This document shows, piece after piece, positions 9,045 to 18,065 of a DNA stretch of 33,431 bases; position 1 is the stretch's first letter; every line of letters starts with the position of its first letter. A program made the position numbers and the translations under genes. The DNA is taken from the NCBI GenBank assembly GCA_035539475.1, contig DATLIL010000819.1, positions 1 to 33,431 on the forward strand. The letters are read 5' to 3'. Origin of the DNA: Polyangiaceae bacterium. Lineage in GTDB: Bacteria > Myxococcota_A > Polyangia > Polyangiales > Polyangiaceae. A model generated the notes under the pieces. The model was given only the letters and a program-made list of their open reading frames with translations. It had not been told where the DNA came from and ran no database searches.

Positions 9045-12000
9045 CGCGGCGGCGGAGCCGGTAGCGTGACGCGGGTTCGCGCGCCGACCGTGATATCGAC
9101 GCTCACGGTCTGACCGTCCGCGCCTTCTCCAATCGTGACCTGGTGGCGGCCCGGCTGAAGCGGCGCACGCCGCAGAACGACCTTCCCGACGAACTCACCA
9201 TCGATGTAGAGCGCGAGGGGCTCGCTCACCTCGACCTCGAGCAAGCCCAGACCGTTTTGCACTTCGATCCCGGTGGGGAGCGGCAACGTCTCGGTCTTGG
9301 GCTGGGCGGCGACAGCCGTCGGCTTGGGCGCTGGCGGCGGCGGCAGGAGCGGGGCGCTGGCAGCGGCTTCCGGCTCGCTCTCGGTCGTCGGCTTCTCGAT
9401 CAGGGGCATGATCCCCCAGGTAAAAACGGCAAAAACGACTGCCGCAGAGAGCGCCGCCGGTAAGAGCACGCTGCTCCAGAGCGGGTTCTTTCTGCCGCGC
9501 GGGCGGAGGGTGACGGCGTCGCGGGAGGACGCTGGCAGCGCCACGTTCTTCCGCGCATGTGACACCGGCCCGTGAGAGGCGGCCCGCTTGCTGACCACCG
9601 GCTCGGGTTCCCTTACTTCTTCTTGCTCCTCTTGCTCGTCTTCGTCCTCGACGGGCTCGACGGGCGGTGCTGGGGTCGGCGACACCCCGAAGTCCATCAT
9701 CGCCGTGGTCTTGAGCGACGGAACCTTTGCGATCACCGGCGGCGCAGGACTCACGGCCGCCAGCAAGGCATCGGTCGTGAGCGGCGCGCTCTTGGGTGGG
9801 GGCTCCGAGAACGGCGAGCGCTGCCGCTCTTCCTCGGGTGGCAGCGGCGCAGGAGCGCGACGGATCGACGCCGGAGGCGGCAGCACCGAGACCTCGCCCA
9901 TGTTCAGCACTGCGGCGAGCTCGTCGTCCTCCTCGTTCGACGGCACCACCTCGTCGTCCTCTGCCGACAGGGACTCGTCGAAACCGACGCTGACCTCGAG
10001 ATCCGGTGCCGAGGGAACCGGCGCGGGCTCGCGTGCGGAAATTCGCGCCAGCTCGGCGAGCGGCAACGGCGAGTGCTCGGACGGAGCGGGCTCGGACACG
10101 ACGGGCGCCGGCGGGGACGTGGCGACGAGTGTCTGAGCGAGAGCGTCCGCTGGAACCTCGGGCTCCGGAACGACATCCTCGGGCTCCGGGACAGGCGATT
10201 CGGCCGCGGCGACCGCGGGCGGAGACGGCTCCTCCGCCGCTGCAGCAGCAGGTTCGGGGGTGGGCTCGGCGGGCCGCGGCTCCACTGCGGGCAGGCCCGA
10301 TTCTCCCACGCCCGGCAAGGTCCCGATCTCGACTCCTCCGAACGCGAAGAGTGGCCCCGAGGACCAATCGGCTGGCGTGGTCTGCTCGCTGAAGGGCATG
10401 GCAGCGGCACCCGCGACCCGCAGGGGCTCGGGCTCTACCGCCTCGGGCAGCGGCGCGGCCGGCGCCACCATCGCGCGGGCGAGCGGTGAGATGTCATTTT
10501 CGGAGAGCTCTTCGTCCCAATCGAGCTCGTCGTCCTGCGTGGGGCGAACACGCACGATTGGCGCCGGGGGCTGCGCGGGGAACAGGCTCGCGCCGGGCTC
10601 GCGCTCGACCGACTCGACGGCTCCGCGGCGTGCGAGATCGCTGAGCACGGTCTCGAGCAACCGAGGATCGGCTTGCCCCTCGAGCACGAGCTCGCGCGGA
10701 GAGACACCCTCGAGCAAGCGCCGGATCAGGCCCAGCGCCGGCTGCGGCGTGCAGCCCAGGTAGGCCTCGACGCTAGGCCGGTCGAAGGTCATGCGCGCCA
10801 CACGGACCAGAGCCTCCGCCGAGACCGCGCGCAGGGCGGCGCGCGCTCGCATCACCGGTTCGTGCAGAATTTCCGCCAGATCTCCGCGGAATTCGCTGCG
10901 CGTCGGGGCGCTGTCCGGCTCCACCGCAAAGCGTCCGGCGCTGACCCCGAGCAGCCCGGGCAGCACGCTCGTTCCGCGCGCGAAGTCCCCGGCGGGCGAG
11001 CTACGTGAGATGGACAGCAGCTGGCCGCCGCGCACCGCGAGCTCCCAGAGATAGACCGCGTCGCGCACGGCGATGCGCGCGTCGCGCTTGCCTCGGCAAA
11101 CGAGCTCGAGCAGGAGGCGCACCGTGAGCCCGTCCAGGCGACCGCGGACCTCGCCGCCGGCGGCGATCCGTTGCTCGACGCGGGCGCGCGCGCGCAAGAC
11201 CTCGCGCACGCGTTCGACCACCGCCGACGCGGCCGCTTCTTTGCGCAGGTAACCGTCGGCGTCGGCGCCGAGCTCGCGCAACCGCTGCAGGAGATCCTCT
11301 TTCCAAGACAGCAGGATCACGGGCGTGTCGCGCACGATGACGTCGCGCTTGATCTCGTGGCAGAGCGAGAAGCCGTCGAGCTGCGGCATCAGCACGTCGC
11401 TGATCACGACGTCGGGCCAGCGCTCTTCGGTGAGCTCGAGCGCGCGGCGCCCGTCGTGGGCCTCGATCACCTCCACGCCGACGGCCTTGAGCAGGCCGCT
11501 CATGAACCAGACCACCGCTGGATCGTCGTCCGCGACGACGACTCGGCGGCCTTGCAGCGAGACACCCTCCAGGTCGCGCGTGGCCCGACCGGTGCGCTCG
11601 CCGGCGCGGCGTTCCTCGGCGCCCCACGGCGCCAGGGGCACCGCGCCGCCGGGTCCGACAGCGTGAAAGCGCACCAGACCCTGGGAACGCAGCGTGACGA
11701 GCTCACGTACGCGAGCGACGGCGCCCCAGACCGCTGCCATCACGTCGGCACCCTCGCCGAAGCCGACCGGCGTCGCCTGGGCACCACCCTCGACCGCGTC
11801 GACGAGACCACGCTTGAGCTCGTCGGCGATGCGCTCGGCCAGCGCAGCCACGGTGAGCTGCCCGAGCGGCTCGCGCTCGGCGGTCGGCGCTGCAGAGCGG
11901 TCGCAGAGCTGGTCGATGGCGCGCCACAATCCGTCCGGACTCACCGGTCGATTGAGGATGCGAGCCACGCCGAGCTCGATGAAGGGTTGAGCGCTCTCTT

Positions 12001-12613
12001 TGGTGTCGAAGCTGCCGACCACCAGGAGCGGCACCGGCTCGATCAGCTGATCTTGAGCGAATATTTCGCACAGCTCGCGTGCTCCGCGGCGGTCAGCGTC
12101 GATCACGGCGACGTCGGGTCCGATCACGCGAGCGAGCTCGCGCGCGCGCAGTGGGTCTTCGGTGCGCTCGCACTCCACGTTGACGTCGCGGCCCTGGCCG
12201 ATGGCATCGGCGATCGCCTGTGCTCCGAACACCAGCACGCTGATGGGCCAGGTCCGCGTGCCCGGCTCGCGCTCCGCCGCCTGATCGCTCGCCAGCGACG
12301 GCACCATGTCGAGCGTTCGACCGACGTCCGTCAGCGGCAGCGGCTTGCCGGTCATGAGGGCGCCGCGCAGGAGCTTTTCCGCCTCGCCGAGGGCCTCGGC
12401 GACACTGGCGAAGCCGAGCACGCGTGACGACGAACCGAGCGCGTGGAGGCGGCGCAGGAGCCCGTTCTGGCGCTCGGGATCGGCCGGCAGCTGCTCGAGC
12501 GCGCCCAGGGATGAGCGCAGCATTTCGAGGCGCCGCGGCAGACTTCCGACGAACTCTCCCCGCGCCCCGGTCAGGCGACCGGATTCTTCTCCGCGAGGTG
12601 CGGCTCCGCTCAT
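9041..12613 (-). CDS. Multidomain response regulator: Hpt-like, REC, REC, DUF4388-like, acidic Pro-rich linker, TM, PEGA-like
   Basis: LRRLHALGSSSRVLG (Hpt-like); PDVAVID (REC1); VVVADDD..PDVVISDVLMPQLDG..YLRK (REC2); RGRLDGLTVRLLLEL (DUF4388-like); TM VLLPAALSAAVVFAVFTWGIM; LYIDGEFVG..LQPGRHQV (PEGA-like). Start at ATG 12613. Confidence 0.85.
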   Translation of the reverse strand: MSGAAPRGEESGRLTGARGEFVGSLPRRLEMLRSSLGALEQLPADPERQNGLLRRLHALGSSSRVLGFASVAEALGEAEKLLRGALMTGKPLPLTDVGRTLDMVPSLASDQAAEREPGTRTWPISVLVFGAQAIADAIGQGRDVNVECERTEDPLRARELARVIGPDVAVIDADRRGARELCEIFAQDQLIEPVPLLVVGSFDTKESAQPFIELGVARILNRPVSPDGLWRAIDQLCDRSAAPTAEREPLGQLTVAALAERIADELKRGLVDAVEGGAQATPVGFGEGADVMAAVWGAVARVRELVTLRSQGLVRFHAVGPGGAVPLAPWGAEERRAGERTGRATRDLEGVSLQGRRVVVADDDPAVVWFMSGLLKAVGVEVIEAHDGRRALELTEERWPDVVISDVLMPQLDGFSLCHEIKRDVIVRDTPVILLSWKEDLLQRLRELGADADGYLRKEAAASAVVERVREVLRARARVEQRIAAGGEVRGRLDGLTVRLLLELVCRGKRDARIAVRDAVYLWELAVRGGQLLSISRSSPAGDFARGTSVLPGLLGVSAGRFAVEPDSAPTRSEFRGDLAEILHEPVMRARAALRAVSAEALVRVARMTFDRPSVEAYLGCTPQPALGLIRRLLEGVSPRELVLEGQADPRLLETVLSDLARRGAVESVEREPGASLFPAQPPAPIVRVRPTQDDELDWDEELSENDISPLARAMVAPAAPLPEAVEPEPLRVAGAAAMPFSEQTTPADWSSGPLFAFGGVEIGTLPGVGESGLPAVEPRPAEPTPEPAAAAAEEPSPPAVAAAESPVPEPEDVVPEPEVPADALAQTLVATSPPAPVVSEPAPSEHSPLPLAELARISAREPAPVPSAPDLEVSVGFDESLSAEDDEVVPSNEEDDELAAVLNMGEVSVLPPPASIRRAPAPLPPEEERQRSPFSEPPPKSAPLTTDALLAAVSPAPPVIAKVPSLKTTAMMDFGVSPTPAPPVEPVEDEDEQEEQEEVREPEPVVSKRAASHGPVSHARKNVALPASSRDAVTLRPRGRKNPLWSSVLLPAALSAAVVFAVFTWGIMPLIEKPTTESEPEAAASAPLLPPPPAPKPTAVAAQPKTETLPLPTGIEVQNGLGLLEVEVSEPLALYIDGEFVGKVVLRRAPLQPGRHQVTIGEGADGQTVSVDITVGARTRVTLPAPPPR

Positions 12614-12669
12614 GGTCCGGCCGTAGCACACGAGCGCCAATCTCGCGAAGTTTTTGCCGGCCGGCGAGC

Positions 12670-13734
12670 CTACCCGGATTCGGCGGCGACGCGCTCCAAC
12701 ACCACCGCGGCCGCGTCTCGGGTGCCGAGCGCCCCACCGACATCCGGCGTGGCGCGACCGCTGCGCAGCGCTTCAGTCACCGCCTGCTCCACGCTGCGCT
12801 GCTCGCGCACGAAGCCGAGATGGCCCAGCATCAGCGCAGTCGAGAGCATCGCGCCGAACGGGTTGGCGCGACCGGTACCGACGAGATCGGGCGCGGAACC
12901 ATGCACCGGCTCGAACAAGGCGAGCCGTCCGGAGCCCAGGTTGGCGCTCGGAGCCAGTCCGAGGCCACCCTGCAACGCGGCTGCGAGGTCGGAGAGGATG
13001 TCCCCGAAGAGGTTGTTCGTGACGATCACCTCGTACGCAGCGGGGCGCCGCAGCAGGTTGTACGCGAGCGCATCGACGTATTCGGCGCGAGCCTCGATCT
13101 CGGGAAAATCCGCGGCCACCTCGACGAACGTCCGACGCCAGAGCTCCTGGCCGTGGCGCATGGCGTTCGACTTGTCCGCGAGGTGCACGCGCTTTCGGCC
13201 CTGGGCACGACAAAGCGCGAAACCAGCGCGGATCAGCCGCTCCACGCCGCGGCGTGTGTTCACGTCTTCGTCCACCGCGACCTCGTCGGCGCTGCCACGC
13301 GCGACCTGCCGCCCAGCGCCGGCGTAGGCGCCTTCGGTGTTCTCGCGCACGATCACGAAGTCCACGTCGGCGGCGGTGCACTGCTTGAGGGGCACGAGCT
13401 CGTCCGAAAGCGCGCGCACGGGTCGCAGGTTGACGAACAGGTCGAACCCCTGACGCATGCCGAGGACGATCTCTTTGGCGTGCGCGGAGTCGGGAACGCG
13501 CGGATCGCCGATGGCTCCGAGCAGCACCGCAGAGCATTCCTCCTGCACCTGGCGCTTGAGCTCGAGTGGAAACGCGATGCCTTCACGCAGGTAGCGTTCG
13601 GCGCCCAGATCGAGCGGCCAGAGCTCGAGCGCCAGGCCGCGTTCGCGGCGGAACCACTCGAGCAGCTCGAGGCAGGGTGCGATCACCTCTGGCCCAATGC
13701 CGTCGCCCCCAATCACCGCTATTTTTGCGGTCAT
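12670..13734 (-). CDS. leuB: 3-isopropylmalate dehydrogenase / beta-decarboxylating dehydrogenase family
   Basis: IAVIGGDGIGPEV, LLGAIGDP, VNLRP, IVRENTEG, DKSNA, NNLFGDILSD, FEPVHGSAPD, ANP. Family is secure; exact substrate (IPM, tartrate, homoisocitrate) is not. Confidence 0.8.
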   Translation of the reverse strand: MTAKIAVIGGDGIGPEVIAPCLELLEWFRRERGLALELWPLDLGAERYLREGIAFPLELKRQVQEECSAVLLGAIGDPRVPDSAHAKEIVLGMRQGFDLFVNLRPVRALSDELVPLKQCTAADVDFVIVRENTEGAYAGAGRQVARGSADEVAVDEDVNTRRGVERLIRAGFALCRAQGRKRVHLADKSNAMRHGQELWRRTFVEVAADFPEIEARAEYVDALAYNLLRRPAAYEVIVTNNLFGDILSDLAAALQGGLGLAPSANLGSGRLALFEPVHGSAPDLVGTGRANPFGAMLSTALMLGHLGFVREQRSVEQAVTEALRSGRATPDVGGALGTRDAAAVVLERVAAESG

Positions 13735-13742
13735 TGCGCGAC

Positions 13743-15101
13743 TCAGGCGCCTGCGGCGCTCTCCAGCGCCATGCGGATCAGACCGGCCACGAGCTGCGCG
13801 TCGCCGTCGCCGTTACCGCCGAGCAACGTGATCGCGTCGATCACCGGCACGCCGGTCAGCGAAGCGGCGCTCTCCAGGAGCTCCGTCGCGCCCACGTCGA
13901 CACGTGCGACGGCGATCAGACTGGGCAACACCAGGCTCCAGAGCGGCGCGTAGGCCTCCACCAGGGGCAGCCCGACGAGCTCGAGGTCGATGCCGTCGCC
14001 GAGGCGGATCTTGGCCATGCGATGAGGCACCGGCGCGGCGGGGACGTCACCGGCCACGCTGGCGTCCACCAGATTGCCGAGCGCCGAGAGCATGGTGGCC
14101 AGACGCTGCTGCGAGCCTGCCACTCCGATACGCGCAGCACCCTCGAAACCGGCCCGCGCCACGCGCTTGGCCAGCGCCGCCAGCACGCTCATACGCTCCG
14201 GATCGGCCAGCTCGACGCGCTCGGCGCCGGCCGCCAGCGTGCGCACCGTGCCGCGCTTCAGGAGCTCCTCGAGCGCAATCAGGATCTGGAGATCGGGGGC
14301 CGCGATCTCGTCGAGCAGCTGGGCCAGCGTGCGCGGCGAAACCAGCGTCATCAGCACGCGCTGCTCCACCTCTGGGCCCTCCGGATCGGGCGGAGTGATG
14401 GCGAGCAGGTTCTGATCCTCGATCGCGAGGAGCTCACGCAAGCGCCGCGCCTCGTCGAGCTGGCGCAGGCCCTCCATTAGCAGCACGTTCGTGGGCTGCT
14501 CGATGCGACGCAGGGCCGACTGCGTACCGCTGACGAAGGCGAACGAGCCATCGCGCTCCGTCAGCAGGCGAAATAGAGCCTTCTCGCCGTCCACACGACG
14601 ATAGACGGCGTCGATGATCTCGCCGTCGGTCAGGCGGAGCTCGCCGGCGCCGACGGGTGTGGTCACGCTCAGCGTGCCGCTGCGGCGGTTCATGCTCAGG
14701 AGCTGCAGCAGATCGATCACGCTGACCTGCTGCAGATCTCCGCGAAAATCACCGCCCTCGGCCACGACCGGCGCGGCCTTCGACGGCAGCGCGTAGACGC
14801 GCTTGGCGATCTGTTCCGGGTCGCGCGGCAGCTCGTTGGGCGCCAGGTCGCTGTCGCGGGACACCAGCAAGAAGCGCGGCACCAGGCTGAGCGAGGCGAA
14901 CGCGGAGAGCTCCGCATCGAGGTGACCGGCGGAGAGCTCCTGCGCGACCAGGAGCACCTCGGGGCGCGCCGAGCGCGCTCGCTCCGCCGCGCTCGTCAGG
15001 CTGTCGGCGATGGCGACTTCCAGGCCGCGCCCGCGCAGCTTGGACGCCAGCGCGCCGAGCACGTCGACATCCGGTTCGATCAAGAGCACTACGCGAGACA
15101 C
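13743..15101 (-). CDS. Pseudo-receiver + DUF4388 + degenerate small-GTPase-like domain protein
   Basis: N-terminal REC fold with PEVLLVA (no phospho-Asp); FRGDLQQVSVIDLLQLLSMNRRSGTL..GEIIDA..GEKALFRLL..GSFAF is a typical DUF4388; the C-terminus resembles the MglA/conservon GTPase core. Confidence 0.85.
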   Translation of the reverse strand: MSRVVLLIEPDVDVLGALASKLRGRGLEVAIADSLTSAAERARSARPEVLLVAQELSAGHLDAELSAFASLSLVPRFLLVSRDSDLAPNELPRDPEQIAKRVYALPSKAAPVVAEGGDFRGDLQQVSVIDLLQLLSMNRRSGTLSVTTPVGAGELRLTDGEIIDAVYRRVDGEKALFRLLTERDGSFAFVSGTQSALRRIEQPTNVLLMEGLRQLDEARRLRELLAIEDQNLLAITPPDPEGPEVEQRVLMTLVSPRTLAQLLDEIAAPDLQILIALEELLKRGTVRTLAAGAERVELADPERMSVLAALAKRVARAGFEGAARIGVAGSQQRLATMLSALGNLVDASVAGDVPAAPVPHRMAKIRLGDGIDLELVGLPLVEAYAPLWSLVLPSLIAVARVDVGATELLESAASLTGVPVIDAITLLGGNGDGDAQLVAGLIRMALESAAGA

Positions 15102-16849
15102 TATTCGAACAGCCTGACGCCGGCGGTTTCGCCCAGCTTGGAGAGAACCAGATCGACGAGCATCGGATCGGCGGCGTGTACGGCGCGCACCAAATGGCCT
15201 TCGGAGCGGCCGAGCAGCGTGTAGCTGCCGTGCTCCGAGACGATGGTCAGGACTTCCAGGTTCTGACAGTCCGGCGCCCCGCTGACGTCGACGAACTCGA
15301 ATTCGAGGTTTTCGCCTTCACGCACCAGGTCGCTACGCACCGCGCTGCCCATGCTGACGCCCGAGTGCTTGGTGACGGCCACCTGCGTCGCACCACCGCG
15401 CGCGGCCTCCTGCATGGCAGCGAGAACGAGGCCGGCCACGTCGACCACCGGCAGCTCGATGTAGCGCGGCGACTCGATCAGGCTCGCCGCTGAGTTGAAA
15501 TTCAGAGAGATCCCGGCCACGAGCTGATCGACGATCTCGGGCAACGTCAGCCGGCGCAGGCCCTGCTGGGCCACCACGGAGCCGCGCGATGCCTCCGCGC
15601 GATGGCGAGCGACGCGCAGCAGCCGCGACAGGTCGCCGCCGTCGTGCGGGTAAGTGGCCAGACCTACCGCGAGCTCGTAAGGGCTTTCCTCGCCTACACC
15701 ACCGAGCTGCTCGAGCACGCGGCGGCGGCAAGAGTGCGCGCCGAGCCCGCCCGTCTCCGGCAGCAGAAGATAGAACTCATTGGCGTCGACGCGAGCGAGA
15801 ACGTCGGTATCGCGCACGGCGGAGAGCACGCGGTCGGCCGTGTCGATCGTGGGCTCGCGCTCGGTCACCCCCTCGCCCTTGCCGTGCACGCCGATGGTGA
15901 CCAGCGCGAAGCGGCGCTTGTGCCGGCGCGCCATGTCGATCTCACGCCCGGCCACGTCCACGAAGTAGGCGAAGGTGTAGGCGCTCGAGCGCGGATCCTT
16001 CATCGAGGCGCGGTTCGACTGCTCACGCGCGTTGATCAGCGCGAACACCGTGGCCGCTTGTGAACCGATGGTGTGGATGAAGCTCGGCTCGAGCCCGGAG
16101 TCCGTGAACGGCAGGCCATCGATCAACACGATGCCGCCGAGCTCGCGACGCAGCTGCAAGCGCAGGACCTCGAGATGCTGTTCCCTGGCAAAGACCAGGA
16201 GCTCCATGTCCTCGCAGAACGACGGGCTATCGCCGCCGGAGTACTCGGCCGCGCGCATCAGCTCGCGAGAGCCTTCGCCAGCGGGCAGGTAGACCAGCAC
16301 GCGCGAAGCTCCGCCGACGTCGGCCAGTACGCGCGAGAGCCAGACAGCGGCCTCGCGCCGCGAAGCCGCCTCGCAGATCTCCGCCAGGCCGGCCAGGAGC
16401 TGCAGGTCTTTCCTCGTCGCCACGGCCACGCGCTCGAGCTCGACGCGAGCCGCGCGCTCCGCGAGGCGAGTGCGAACGTCCGCCAGCGCGGTCAAGAGCT
16501 CGTCACCAGCCAGCGGCAACACGAGCATGCCGGAGCCGCCGAGCGCCATGGCTTGCGTGCCGAGCTCGAGGCGCTCGGGACGAGTCAGAGCGAACACCGT
16601 CGAGCTCGGCGCCAGCGCTCGGATGTGGTGCAACACCGCCAGACCAGCGCTGTCGCCGAGCGTTACGTCGACCAGCGCCACGTCCGGCACCTGGTGCGTG
16701 ACGCGCGTGAGTCCCTCCGCCAGATCGGTGGCCACGCTCAGGTGATCGCCCGAAAAAGCCAGCGTTCGGCTGATGAGGTCGATCGCCTCTGCGTCGGTGA
16801 CGATGGCGATCACGCTGAGCGGCAGCGACGGCCCTGCCTCGGCACGCAT
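15101..16849 (-). CDS. REC - GAF-like - degenerate GGDEF protein with an unknown C-terminal domain
   Basis: PDVALVDVTLGDSAG (REC); KDPRSSAYTFAYF..REIDMARRH..FALV..RDTDVLARVDANEFYLLLPET..VGLATYP (GGDEF fold). Start at ATG 16849 overlaps the dapF stop (TGATG). Confidence 0.87.
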   Translation of the reverse strand: MRAEAGPSLPLSVIAIVTDAEAIDLISRTLAFSGDHLSVATDLAEGLTRVTHQVPDVALVDVTLGDSAGLAVLHHIRALAPSSTVFALTRPERLELGTQAMALGGSGMLVLPLAGDELLTALADVRTRLAERAARVELERVAVATRKDLQLLAGLAEICEAASRREAAVWLSRVLADVGGASRVLVYLPAGEGSRELMRAAEYSGGDSPSFCEDMELLVFAREQHLEVLRLQLRRELGGIVLIDGLPFTDSGLEPSFIHTIGSQAATVFALINAREQSNRASMKDPRSSAYTFAYFVDVAGREIDMARRHKRRFALVTIGVHGKGEGVTEREPTIDTADRVLSAVRDTDVLARVDANEFYLLLPETGGLGAHSCRRRVLEQLGGVGEESPYELAVGLATYPHDGGDLSRLLRVARHRAEASRGSVVAQQGLRRLTLPEIVDQLVAGISLNFNSAASLIESPRYIELPVVDVAGLVLAAMQEAARGGATQVAVTKHSGVSMGSAVRSDLVREGENLEFEFVDVSGAPDCQNLEVLTIVSEHGSYTLLGRSEGHLVRAVHAADPMLVDLVLSKLGETAGVRLFE

Positions 16850-17652
16850 CACGCGCGCACCTGGCCGGAAAAGACGCGGCGCGCCGGTCCTCGCAGCGAG
16901 ACGACCAGCGACCCCTCTGCGACGTCGAGCTCGAGCGGTCCGCCAGGCAGGTGGAGCTGCACCTTGCGACCAAACGTCGTTCGGCCAGACAGGGCCAGCG
17001 CGACGGCCACCGCGGCGGCCCCGGTGCCGCACGCGAGCGTGCGACCAACTCCGCGCTCCCACACGATCACGTCGAAGGCGCCGTCCTTGCGCGGCATCAC
17101 CGTCTCGACGTTGCTGCCGCCCAGGATCGAGCTCGAGAGCTTGGGCCCGACCTCGTCCATCTGCGCCTCCGACAGGCCCTCGTCGAAGATGATGGCGTGC
17201 GGATTACCCATGGAAACGTGCTGAAAACGCAGCTCGCGTCCGCCAAAGTGGAAGCGCGTTTCGCCGAGCGGCTCGCCGCGCCCCATATCGAGCGTGACCA
17301 TGGCCTGCTCGCCGGAGCGCTGTACGCTCGCCGCGCGCGGCCCGGCGTCGGTGTCGACGACGTATTCGGCGCTGCTGAGCTCGTCCTGCTGAGCCAGGTG
17401 CAGCGCCACGCAGCGCAGGCCGTTTCCGCACATTTCCGGCCGCGAACCGTCCGCGTTGATCACGACCATGCTCGCGCGCGCGCCCCTGCTCGCCGGTCGT
17501 CCGACGATCAGCACACCGTCGGCGCCGACCCCGAAGTGGCGATCGCACAGCGCACGCGCGCGCTCCGGCTGGATTTCGCCGTCGGCGGCGTCGACGATGA
17601 CGAAGTCGTTGCCGAGTCCCTCGTACTTCTGGAACGTGAGCGGCTCAGCCAT
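16849..17652 (-). CDS. dapF: Diaminopimelate epimerase
   Basis: KYEGLGNDF, CDRHFGVGADG, NADGSRPEMCGNGLRC, VSMGNPH, VWERGVGRTLACGTGA; both catalytic Cys present. Confidence 0.97.
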   Translation of the reverse strand: MAEPLTFQKYEGLGNDFVIVDAADGEIQPERARALCDRHFGVGADGVLIVGRPASRGARASMVVINADGSRPEMCGNGLRCVALHLAQQDELSSAEYVVDTDAGPRAASVQRSGEQAMVTLDMGRGEPLGETRFHFGGRELRFQHVSMGNPHAIIFDEGLSEAQMDEVGPKLSSSILGGSNVETVMPRKDGAFDVIVWERGVGRTLACGTGAAAVAVALALSGRTTFGRKVQLHLPGGPLELDVAEGSLVVSLRGPARRVFSGQVRA

Positions 17653-17713
17653 GGCGGCTACCCTCAATCTACAGCGAAGTCGGGGGCTTCGCGAGTCGCG
17701 CCCGGGTCGGCGG

Positions 17714-18007
17714 TCATGGGGGGAGAAGCGCGCGCACTGCCTGCTCGGCCAGGCCGCGGAGGCGGACCCGCTTCGTCCGACCGGCCTGGCCGGCTACCAG
17801 CTCGACCTGGCTGCGAGCGATCCCGAAATGCGACGCCAAAACGCGGATCAGCTCCTCGTTGGCCGCGCCGTCGACCGGTGGGGCGGCGAGAGCCACCTCC
17901 AGGTGGCCGTTACGCACGCCCAGGAGCCGGCTCTTGGAGGCTCGGGGCTTGGCCCAGATCCCGAGCTCCACGGCGCCGTCACGGCTACTGAGCTCGAGTT
18001 CCGCCAT
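17714..18007 (-). CDS. DUF167 (YggU/UPF0235) family protein
   Basis: KPRASKS..LEVALAAPPVDGAANEELIRVLA..V.LV.G..GRTK; start at ATG 18007 (or 18022). Confidence 0.92.
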   Translation of the reverse strand: MAELELSSRDGAVELGIWAKPRASKSRLLGVRNGHLEVALAAPPVDGAANEELIRVLASHFGIARSQVELVAGQAGRTKRVRLRGLAEQAVRALLPP

Positions 18008-18065
18008 CGGGTCCGGAAACATAGCCTTCCGGGAGGGGCCCCGCCATGCCAGGCTCCAGCGGTCG

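Noticed and set aside
9600-10560. Low-complexity Pro/Glu/Ala DNA as a repeat array or CRISPR
   Set aside because: No fixed-length direct repeats or spacers; it encodes a disordered protein linker.
12424-13953. 509-aa plus-strand ORF, and similar long ORFs such as 11171-12427, 17456-19003 and 30189-31700
   Set aside because: Antisense or frame-shifted shadows of well-supported genes; Arg/Ala/Ser-rich with no motifs, as expected in high-GC DNA.
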